Shown: positions 9,682 through 17,386 of the stretch, in pieces
How positions within the stretch are numbered: position 1 is the first letter of the stretch
Layout: each line of letters begins with the position of its first letter
Origin: Bacteroidota bacterium
GTDB lineage: Bacteria; Bacteroidota; Bacteroidia; AKYH767-A; JAHEYN01
Length of the DNA stretch: 64,000 nt
Assembly (NCBI GenBank): GCA_023251555.1
Contig: JAHEYN010000001.1
Coordinates: 75,433-139,432, forward strand
Direction of reading: 5' to 3'
Translations under genes and position numbers: made by a program
Notes under the pieces: generated by a model
Told to the model about the DNA's origin: nothing
The model's input: only the letters and a program-made list of their open reading frames with translations
The model's database searches: none

Positions 9682-10659
9682 ATGAGAGGAAAAAAATTTG
9701 TTATTTACTGTATATTGTTTATTGTTTGCCATTTGGCATTTTCTCAGGCTAATTTAGTGCCTAATACAAGTTTTGAAGATACTATTGGATGTCCTAATTG
9801 GGTGGGGCAAATCAATAAGGTAACTAGTTGGTACTCTCCTACAACAGGTACTCCCGATTATTATAATAAATGTTGTACTTCCACTTATTGTACGGTTCCT
9901 AATAATTGGTATGGGAATCAAGCGTCTAATGTAGGCGTTGCATACATTGGAATAATTTCATTTTCTTTATCGGCTTCACAATTTAGGGAGTATATTCAGG
10001 TACTACTAAACGATAGTTTGAAAAATGGTAGAAAATATCATGTAGAGTTTTATGTAAGCTTAGCGGATAGTATGAATTATGCTTGTAATAATATCGGAGC
10101 TTATTTTTCAGTAATACCTATTAGTAGCAATAATTATTTATATTTACCATATACACCTCAAGTAAGTAACCCAGATAGTAATTTATTAACCGATAAAATT
10201 TCTTGGACTGAAATATCAGGAAATTTTATTGCAAATGGAGGAGAAAAATATATTACGATAGGAAATTTTAAAAATGACGCTAATTCAGATACGCTTTATG
10301 TTGGGGGTCCAACATGGTCTAATGCTGCTTATTATTTTGTAGACGATGTATCGGTAATAGAAGATACAGCAGCAACAGGATTAAAGGAATTAAGTAATGA
10401 AAAAGAAAAATATAAGATAAAACTGTATCCTAATCCAAATGATGGTACTATGCAGATGGATTATAGTTTAACAGAGGGACAAACAGGCGAATTGATAATT
10501 TATAACATGATGGGAGAAAAAATAAACACTTATCATTTACTAAGCTCAAAGAATAATATAAAGATAAGTGAAGCTGCATTAAAGAATGGTGTTTATTTTT
10601 ATCAGATAACTATTGATAAGCAAGCAATTATTAATGATAAAATAGTCATCATAAAATAA
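9682..10659 (+). CDS. Secreted T9SS-sorted protein, paralog 3 of 3.
   Basis: Same architecture as the other two. Its last ~250 nt and the first ~27 nt of 3' flank are identical to paralog 2. Confidence 0.7.
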   Translation: MRGKKFVIYCILFIVCHLAFSQANLVPNTSFEDTIGCPNWVGQINKVTSWYSPTTGTPDYYNKCCTSTYCTVPNNWYGNQASNVGVAYIGIISFSLSASQFREYIQVLLNDSLKNGRKYHVEFYVSLADSMNYACNNIGAYFSVIPISSNNYLYLPYTPQVSNPDSNLLTDKISWTEISGNFIANGGEKYITIGNFKNDANSDTLYVGGPTWSNAAYYFVDDVSVIEDTAATGLKELSNEKEKYKIKLYPNPNDGTMQMDYSLTEGQTGELIIYNMMGEKINTYHLLSSKNNIKISEAALKNGVYFYQITIDKQAIINDKIVIIK

Positions 10660-10784
10660 ATTACAAATTACGAAAGAACCTTTGATTGTAAATCTTCAGC
10701 GAAAGTTGGATAATTAAAGGTAAAGAAATAAGGTGGTATTTAAAGGGAAATAGTAATTAAATTTAACCTTTAAAATCACTAAAA

Positions 10785-11132
10785 ATGAAAGACAAACAAA
10801 GTGCAAGCTCCTATGTAAGGGAGATCAAAAGAAGAACCCGCAGGAGATTTTCATCAGAAGAAAAAATAAAGATCATTATAGAGGGATTACGGGGAGAAGA
10901 CAGCGTAGCAGCTATCTGCCGTAAGTATTCGGTCCATGAAAACCTGTACTATAAATGGAGTAAAGAATTCATAGAAGCAGGGAAGAGACGTTTGAATGGA
11001 GATACTGTAAGGGAAGCAGGAAGCGATGAGGTAAATGATCTGCGTAAAGAGAACGTGCAGTTGAAAGACGCTGTGGCGGACTTGACAATAGAGAATCGTG
11101 TGCTCAAAAAAAGCTTGAATGGGCTGGAATAA
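10785..11132 (+). CDS. IS3-family transposase OrfA with HTH and leucine-zipper-like regions.
   Basis: It has the typical IS3 OrfA features (RRFSSEEKIKII…ICRKYSV…YYKWSKEF) and a C-terminal heptad Leu region. Confidence 0.85.
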   Translation: MKDKQSASSYVREIKRRTRRRFSSEEKIKIIIEGLRGEDSVAAICRKYSVHENLYYKWSKEFIEAGKRRLNGDTVREAGSDEVNDLRKENVQLKDAVADLTIENRVLKKSLNGLE

Positions 11133-11149
11133 GGGAAAGGAAAAAGCAC

Positions 11150-12157
11150 ATGAGATTCAGTCAAAGTGAAAAGATGGAAATCATCAAGATGGTTGATGGT
11201 TCCAATGTAAGTGCTAACAGGACATTGAAGGAACTGGGAATAAATCCAAGCACGTTCTACATCTGGTATAAACGGTATCTGGAGGGAGGCATTGATGCAC
11301 TTGCCACAGGCAAGAGAGAGCAGAACCGGATATGGAATAAAATACCTGTTCAGGAAAAGAACCGTGTAATTGACGTAGCCTTGGATAAGCCCGAGCTTTC
11401 TTCGCGGGAACTTGCCTGGCATATCACCGATAAGCATAAGCGATACATCAGTGAAAGCAGTGTTTATAGGATACTTAAGGAAAGAGGACTTATAACAGCT
11501 CCGGCACACATTGTTTTATCGGCCGGCGATGAGTTTGAAAAGAAAACAGGATTTGTCAATGAAATGTGGCAGATCGATTTTACTTACTTCAGGATCATTG
11601 CATGGGGTAATTATTACCTGTGTACCATTATCGATGATTATTCCCGCTTTATCGTGGCCTGGGAGCTAAAGGAAAGCATGAAATGGGACGATGCACGGTC
11701 AACAGTTGATAAGGCTGTTTTTAACACCGGATTGACACAAAATCAAATGCCTAAACTTTTATCCGATAATGGCCCCTGTTTCATTGCACATCAGTTCAGG
11801 GATTACCTGAGCGATATGGGTATCAGGCAAATTAACGGAGCTCCATTGCATCCTCAAACGCAAGGAAAGATTGAACGCTATAACAGAACGATGAAAAACG
11901 TTGTAAAGCTTGATAATTATTACAGCCCTGAAGAGCTCAAGCGGGCACTGGATGAGTTTGTTCATCATTACAACTATCACCGCTATCATGAATCGATCAA
12001 CAATCTTACCCCATCTGATGTTTTTTTTAAACGGGGAACTGCTATCATAAAACAGCGTGAAAAAATCAAACTGCAAACAATCAAAAAAAGAAAGGAGGAA
12101 TACTTCAAACTCAAACAAAAATCAACAACACAAAAAATTAACTTAACTTTGAATTGA
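11150..12157 (+). CDS. IS3-family transposase OrfB (DDE integrase core), in the -1 frame relative to OrfA.
   Basis: It has the rve-type motifs WQIDFTYF, IIDDYSRFIVAWEL and SDNGPCFIA. OrfB is in frame 2 and orfA in frame 0. An A7G run lies near the orfA end. Confidence 0.85.
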   Translation: MRFSQSEKMEIIKMVDGSNVSANRTLKELGINPSTFYIWYKRYLEGGIDALATGKREQNRIWNKIPVQEKNRVIDVALDKPELSSRELAWHITDKHKRYISESSVYRILKERGLITAPAHIVLSAGDEFEKKTGFVNEMWQIDFTYFRIIAWGNYYLCTIIDDYSRFIVAWELKESMKWDDARSTVDKAVFNTGLTQNQMPKLLSDNGPCFIAHQFRDYLSDMGIRQINGAPLHPQTQGKIERYNRTMKNVVKLDNYYSPEELKRALDEFVHHYNYHRYHESINNLTPSDVFFKRGTAIIKQREKIKLQTIKKRKEEYFKLKQKSTTQKINLTLN

Positions 12158-12200
12158 TGGCCCGAAATGCCACCTTATTTTTTAAATCAAATTCTCCAAT

Positions 12201-12980
12201 TTACCTTGAAGACGTACACCATGCTATTCTTCTACCCATTATAGGTTTACCATCACTTAGAACATGAACTGGAAAATTTGATGAGACTTTACTGATATCC
12301 AACTGTTGTTTTAATAAATAATTGACAGCACCATTTAATAACATTATAGTTTTTTCATTATAAATATCTTTTATAAATACTTTGCTTAAAAAAACTATTA
12401 CGCTTGACATTCCATGAGCAAGTCCTAAATCGCATCCTTGTATTTCTTTTTCGAAATCAATAATGGTGTTCCATTTTATTGAACCATCTTTATTTTTTAT
12501 ACTTTGTTTTTCTAATTCATCTACTAATTCTTTAATATAATTTATACATTGCTTTTTATATACCCTATTAATTAAATATACTCCGTTTCCAATTGCACCA
12601 TGAAGAAAATCAAAATTTCCATTTTTGATATCATACATCATTTTCCTATAAATAAATTCATCTAAATCATCCAAAAACAAAACATCTTCTTTCTTCATAA
12701 AATTGTTTTGAGTTAAATGCTCCATTGCCCAAGCCAAGCCACCTATTCCATCACAAAAAGTATGAAAGTTATATCCTTTGTTAATAGAGTTTAATACATC
12801 AATAATTAAATTCCGCGCTTTTTTTGCGTAAACTTCTTCTTTGATAAATTTAGAATAATAATAATAAAATAAAGCAATACCACTTTTTCCTGTTAATAGG
12901 CCAATGTTGAGATGCTCCAAATTTTCACTTTCAAGACTTTTGGTAATATTTTTCAAAGTATTTTTTAATTTGGTTATCAT
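12201..12980 (-). CDS. LanC-like (lanthionine-cyclase fold) domain protein, apparently C-terminally truncated. The reading frame runs about 15 nt into the right end of the IS and stops there.
   Basis: It has the LanC-type repeats GLLTGKSGIALFYYY, FLHGAIGNGVYL and GLAHGMSSVIVFL and ends …IAWCTSSR*, just where a WCxG motif would begin. At 259 aa it is much shorter than the ~400 aa typical of LanC. Its composition is extremely A+T-rich. Confidence 0.45.
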   Translation of the reverse strand: MITKLKNTLKNITKSLESENLEHLNIGLLTGKSGIALFYYYYSKFIKEEVYAKKARNLIIDVLNSINKGYNFHTFCDGIGGLAWAMEHLTQNNFMKKEDVLFLDDLDEFIYRKMMYDIKNGNFDFLHGAIGNGVYLINRVYKKQCINYIKELVDELEKQSIKNKDGSIKWNTIIDFEKEIQGCDLGLAHGMSSVIVFLSKVFIKDIYNEKTIMLLNGAVNYLLKQQLDISKVSSNFPVHVLSDGKPIMGRRIAWCTSSR

Positions 12981-12994
12981 TGTTTCATTACTAT

Positions 12995-14731
12995 TTATTT
13001 TCCTGTTCTTATAAACTCCAAAGCGCGTTCTGAAACTTCATCTCTATGTTCTCGAATTCCCTTGATTGTTGGCACTGCATAAATATCAGGTTTTATTCCT
13101 ACCCGTTGAGTTGGTCTTCCATTAGGATAAAAAACAGCATCGGCAGTAAAATATGTAAGAAAATTATTTTGGATAAGAAATGATACAGCTTCTCCATCAG
13201 TGCCTGAAGTATTATTTCCAACTAAATTTATTTTGTATAATGCCTTCATCCCCATAAGTGTCCATTCTTCAGCACTTTGAAGATTTTCATCAATTAATAA
13301 TACCACTTTCCCTCTATATTTTTTATGGAATGCTGGCAATCCCAATAAAAACATATATTTTTGTTTGGTCAATAAATATGTTCCCGGGTATTTCCAATTT
13401 CTAAAATAATAATTTGTAAGTTGTACATTTTTCTTATGTAATTTGGGCAATCTTAACAACACACTATACCATAACCAAACATTATCAACATTTCTAATAT
13501 CAAAAATCAGTGCTTTTGAATTTTTTAAATTTTTATATTTTTTTCTAAAATTTTTCATTGTCCCGATACCCGATAAATTTATATATCCTATTGAATCTTC
13601 TGATGAATATGTAAAATTATTTATTGCCGAACCGGTCATCCACTGTTCTTTTTCAGATAGGTTATTTAGATTAAAAGAGACAGCCTTTGTTATATTAGTT
13701 GAATCAGAAACTGTAATTGTAATATCTTTTCCTTCAGGAACAAAATGAGACATAAATATCCCGTTATCTATTTCACGATCAACGGAAAGTTGATGCGAGC
13801 AACCGCAATACTTTCTCAGATCATTTCTTATTTCATCAATAGGAATTCTATTAATTGAAAGGATTATATCACCCTGCTTTAAATTCGTTTTGACGGCAAC
13901 AAACGAATCAATGTCAGAAATTACGGTTTTATTTTCAATAAATTTTACGATAAATGGAATACTTCTCCAATCTATGTAAGATTTGAGCATGCCTACTTCA
14001 TGATTAAAATTATAATTATCATAATAACCATGACAGTCATTAATTTTTGTTATCAGTTCTGCAATTGTTGAATAAAATTTGGAACTATTTGCGCTCTCAA
14101 GTATTTTGGGAATAAATTGGTTAAGAATGTTATTCCAATTTTCATCTGTTATTTTCTTGTACGCGAAAAAATAATTTATGGCATTCCAATAACGAAAAAA
14201 TGCAAGTAAAGCATGAGCAGTATCCGGATAGTAATCACTTTCATAATAGTATTTATCTTTTCCATTTTCATCATAATATTTGTTTAATTCTCTTTTTAGA
14301 TATATATTTTTCCGCGGTTTGTAATTTTCTATTATTTCCCAAAGCAATCTACTATTATCTTTAGTAAATAAATTTTCATTATTAATCCATGAGAAATCAA
14401 AATTATTATATGATGTGTCTTGAGGTAAGTATTTGTAAGGTCTGTCAAGTTTTTTAACTCTACCCGGCAGCAAGATAAGTTGGTTAATCTTTTCATTATA
14501 CTCTTCGTTATTATTATCTATCAATATTTTGGGTATATATAAAATCAATGTTGTATCCCAATCAATTTTTCCTTTTTGAATTTCATGATGGTAGTATTTT
14601 AAATATCCCCATATTCGACATAATCCTTCAAGTTGCTGAATTTTTAGTGAATCAATAGTATAGATATTTTGACAATATATATGTAATATTGAAAAAAGAA
14701 ATACTAAAGAAATCAATATTTTTTTTTTCAT
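12995..14731 (-). CDS. S41-family (C-terminal processing/tail-specific) peptidase with a PDZ-like segment and a signal peptide.
   Basis: It has the S41-like motifs LIFDIRNVDN, VVLLIDENLQSAEEW and PNGRPTQRVGIKPDI, a PDZ-like LKQGDIILSINRIPIDEI and an N-terminal signal. Confidence 0.6.
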   Translation of the reverse strand: MKKKILISLVFLFSILHIYCQNIYTIDSLKIQQLEGLCRIWGYLKYYHHEIQKGKIDWDTTLILYIPKILIDNNNEEYNEKINQLILLPGRVKKLDRPYKYLPQDTSYNNFDFSWINNENLFTKDNSRLLWEIIENYKPRKNIYLKRELNKYYDENGKDKYYYESDYYPDTAHALLAFFRYWNAINYFFAYKKITDENWNNILNQFIPKILESANSSKFYSTIAELITKINDCHGYYDNYNFNHEVGMLKSYIDWRSIPFIVKFIENKTVISDIDSFVAVKTNLKQGDIILSINRIPIDEIRNDLRKYCGCSHQLSVDREIDNGIFMSHFVPEGKDITITVSDSTNITKAVSFNLNNLSEKEQWMTGSAINNFTYSSEDSIGYINLSGIGTMKNFRKKYKNLKNSKALIFDIRNVDNVWLWYSVLLRLPKLHKKNVQLTNYYFRNWKYPGTYLLTKQKYMFLLGLPAFHKKYRGKVVLLIDENLQSAEEWTLMGMKALYKINLVGNNTSGTDGEAVSFLIQNNFLTYFTADAVFYPNGRPTQRVGIKPDIYAVPTIKGIREHRDEVSERALEFIRTGK

Positions 14732-14774
14732 TGCATATTAAATATGCCAGTAAAGTTATAGTATTTAATTAGAA

Positions 14775-15181
14775 TAAGAATAGTATCAGGCAAATTAACG
14801 GAGCTCCATTGCATCCTCAAACGCAAGGAAAGATTGAACGCTATCACAGAACGATGAAAAACGTTGTAAAGCTTGATAATTATTACAGCCCTGAAGAGCT
14901 CAAGCGGGCACTGGATGAGTTTGTTCATCATTACAACTATCACCGATATCATGAATCGATCAATAATCTTACCCCATCGGATGTTTTTTTTAAACGGGGA
15001 ACTGCTATCATAAAACAGCGTGAAAAAATCAAACTGCAAACAATCAAAAAAAGAAAGGAGGAATACTTAAAACTCAAACAAAAATCAACAACACAAAAAA
15101 TTAACTTAACTTTGAATTGATGACCCGAAATGCCACCTTATTTTTTAAATCAAATTCTCCAATTTACCTTGAAGACGTACA
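14775..15181 (+). mobile_element. 5'-truncated second copy of the same IS3-family element (3' ~400 bp only: the orfB C-terminus plus the right IR).
   Basis: The sequence is near-identical to 11820-12218. The orfB C-terminal 103 aa are identical apart from an H/N and an L/F substitution, and the same right terminus …gaagacgtaca is present. Confidence 0.8.
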
Positions 15182-15208
15182 ATTAGTAATTACCGACTGA
15201 CACGGGCC

Positions 15209-15595
15209 ATGAAAAAGTATTTTCTTTCTGTTCCTTTGTTTATTGCGGCTTCTCTCTTCATTATCTCCTGTAAAAAAAACGGGACCGGGGGGGAGGCTGT
15301 TGTTACTGCATCCGTTAAACACCACGATAAAAATATTTACGGGGCCACCGTTTACCTTAAGTTTAATGCAAAAGAGATGCCATCCGATCCCGCCGTTAAT
15401 TATGATCTGAAGCTTACGGCTGACTCAGCCGGGGAGCATGTGCATTTTAAAGGGCTTTTGTACGGTAATTATTACCTGTATGGGCGGGGCTACGACAGTT
15501 CTATTGCACAGACTGTTAGCGGAGGTATTCCTTTGAAAATAAAATGGAGTGAAAGGAAACAGGAGATTGAAGTGACTGTACCGGTAACGGAATAA
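15209..15595 (+). CDS. Hypothetical lipoprotein.
   Basis: It has a signal peptide with a lipobox (…LFIISCKK) and is small (128 aa). Confidence 0.5.
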   Translation: MKKYFLSVPLFIAASLFIISCKKNGTGGEAVVTASVKHHDKNIYGATVYLKFNAKEMPSDPAVNYDLKLTADSAGEHVHFKGLLYGNYYLYGRGYDSSIAQTVSGGIPLKIKWSERKQEIEVTVPVTE

Positions 15596-15611
15596 CCAGA
15601 TGGCTTCCAGG

Positions 15612-16595
15612 CTACTCTTCCGTATGCCCCTTCAGCAAAAGTTTTCCTTTAAATGATTTTTCATCTCCGGAAGTTGTATCTGCAGGATTTTTGTTTTCTA
15701 TGTCACTAAGGTCCGGCTGCCCTGCATTTACCCATGCAGTATACCAGAAGCAGCCCGTACTGTGAATAGCCTGAAGCATCCTTCTTTCTATCATGCCGCC
15801 CAGCAATTTGCTGTATGCTTCTGAATAGGATTCTGAATAAGCCTTTTGCATTTTCTCTCCTTTCTGCACGAAAGAAAATTTCCTGTCATCTGGAAATTCA
15901 AGGCTTAGTTTTTTTTCCAGTGCAAGCACAGAATCCTTTTTCAGGTGGCTTTCCCGTATGATGTTCCATATTTTTACGGCAGGCTTGTCAAGATATTCCG
16001 CCTGTCCTGCAAAAAAATCATAATGTTCACCCATCAGTTCCGGGATTCTTGACTCCCATAACCCGTGGATGCCGGTTTGCCCCGTGAACTGCCCGTTGTA
16101 GTTGCTTGTTGTGTGCAGGGGGACATGGGCATCGGCAATATAGTGGCCGATGTTGGCAGACAGGTATAGTATTTTATCCACATCTTTTGCCTTGAATGCT
16201 TCTGTAAGTTTATAAAGAATGCGGTCAAGATACCAGGGAAGAATTCCATGTTGCACCATGCTGTCCATGGAATATTTTTTTACTGCCGCGTTCCATTGCC
16301 TTGGGATGCTGTCAATATTTTCAAACCTGTAAAATTCCATATCCATAAAATGTCTCGGAGCTTCATTTTTGTCGCTGTATCTCCTGCGGTCTGCGTCCAC
16401 AGCGTGTGCGGACAGGTACTCAATATGTTTTTTGTAAAATCCGAAAAGCTCCGGCGGCATGGTGAAAACAGCCATGTAATTGATTTTTTTATGCCCCCAG
16501 AATCCCCATGGATAAGTAACGGAGGTGAAGATAACCGGAACGATGACAATACATGCGGCAACAAATATTTTCAGAATAGGAAACCTTTTTTTCAT
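15612..16595 (-). CDS. S1/P1-type zinc-dependent nuclease family protein.
   Basis: It has an N-terminal signal followed by WGFWGH, then HFMDME, GHYIADAHVPLH and HGLWESR. These match the conserved metal-ligand blocks of P1 nuclease. Confidence 0.55.
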   Translation of the reverse strand: MKKRFPILKIFVAACIVIVPVIFTSVTYPWGFWGHKKINYMAVFTMPPELFGFYKKHIEYLSAHAVDADRRRYSDKNEAPRHFMDMEFYRFENIDSIPRQWNAAVKKYSMDSMVQHGILPWYLDRILYKLTEAFKAKDVDKILYLSANIGHYIADAHVPLHTTSNYNGQFTGQTGIHGLWESRIPELMGEHYDFFAGQAEYLDKPAVKIWNIIRESHLKKDSVLALEKKLSLEFPDDRKFSFVQKGEKMQKAYSESYSEAYSKLLGGMIERRMLQAIHSTGCFWYTAWVNAGQPDLSDIENKNPADTTSGDEKSFKGKLLLKGHTEE

Positions 16596-16655
16596 ATGAT
16601 ATAAAAACCGGAGAAAAAATTTTACTGCTTATCAGTCTCCTGCTGTCTGCCTGTT

Positions 16656-17384
16656 TTACGAATTTAAATTCACGAGAAAATCTCCTTCCAATACCGGGAT
16701 AACTGAAGTCTGGTCAGGGGTGAGGCAGTAGGCAATGTCTTTTTCTATATGTAATCTCTGTAATCTTTTCCTGTGGGAAGAATTCTCAAGGAAGTTATAA
16801 AGGTCAGGCTTTGCTTTTTCATATAAGTGTGATGCTGCGAGCGCGGAATCGCATTCGGTATAAAAGCCGGCCTTACCTGTCAGATAGCTCACTACAGCAC
16901 CTGCAAAAAGGGTGTCTTCAAGGTTAAACTTATTTTTCCAGCCTGCACACAGGCAGATTACATTTTTTCCCTCCCCGGCCATCCAGCGGCAGAGTGCGCT
17001 GATATTCAGGAAAGATCCAATTGCAACCTTATATGATCCGGCAGCCGCCCTGATCGCCCTTGTCCCGTTGGTGGTGGTCAGGGCAATGGTTTTTCCTTTA
17101 AGGTCCCGGGACATAAAACTGAAGGGGGAATTTCCAAGGTCAAACCCGGGAACCATTTCTCCTTTGCGTTCGGCAGCCACAATGAAACCCTTATTACGGT
17201 ATGCCATGCTCTCTTCCGTGGTCTCAACAGGAACAATACGCCCGGCCCCATGTTCAAAAGCCACGCAGATGGATGAGGTGGCACGCAAAACATCAGCCAC
17301 TACCACTATGCAGTCTTTACTGTCGAACAGCCCGAACAAAGCGGGAGAAAAGCAAACCTCTATTGTGTTTCCTGCTTTCTGCAT
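16656..17384 (-). CDS. 2-phosphosulfolactate phosphatase (ComB) family protein.
   Basis: It has the IVVVADVLRATSSI block characteristic of ComB and a ComB-like length of 242 aa. Confidence 0.6.
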   Translation of the reverse strand: MQKAGNTIEVCFSPALFGLFDSKDCIVVVADVLRATSSICVAFEHGAGRIVPVETTEESMAYRNKGFIVAAERKGEMVPGFDLGNSPFSFMSRDLKGKTIALTTTNGTRAIRAAAGSYKVAIGSFLNISALCRWMAGEGKNVICLCAGWKNKFNLEDTLFAGAVVSYLTGKAGFYTECDSALAASHLYEKAKPDLYNFLENSSHRKRLQRLHIEKDIAYCLTPDQTSVIPVLEGDFLVNLNS

Positions 17385-17386
17385 GA

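Larger units (their letters stand above)
10687..12218 (+). mobile_element. Complete IS3-family insertion sequence of about 1.5 kb with imperfect terminal inverted repeats and TG…CA termini.
   Basis: The left end tgtaaatcttcagcg… and the right end …ccttgaagacgtaca are inverted-complementary (about 11 of 15 bases). Both contain the aaataaggtgg(c/t)attt block. It carries orfA and orfB in the IS3 arrangement. Confidence 0.8.

Noticed and set aside
7628-10659. Long near-identical repeated sequence blocks (about 250 nt identical, recurring at ~1 kb spacing) that could superficially suggest a repeat array.
   Set aside because: The repeat unit is a full ~1 kb protein-coding gene with signal peptide and CTD. 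There are no short 25-40 bp direct repeats separated by unique spacers, so this is not a CRISPR array.
12201-12980. Calling the LanC-like ORF a complete lanthipeptide cyclase, with the island a biosynthetic gene cluster.
   Set aside because: The protein is about two-thirds of LanC length and stops inside the IS. No precursor peptide, dehydratase, kinase/lyase or ABC transporter is adjacent, so the evidence supports only a LanC-like fragment.
14809-15120. A second transposase ORF (103 aa), which might be counted as an independent gene or a second complete IS.
   Set aside because: It is the C-terminal fragment of orfB within a 5'-truncated IS copy. No orfA, no orfB N-terminus and no left IR are present upstream of 14775.
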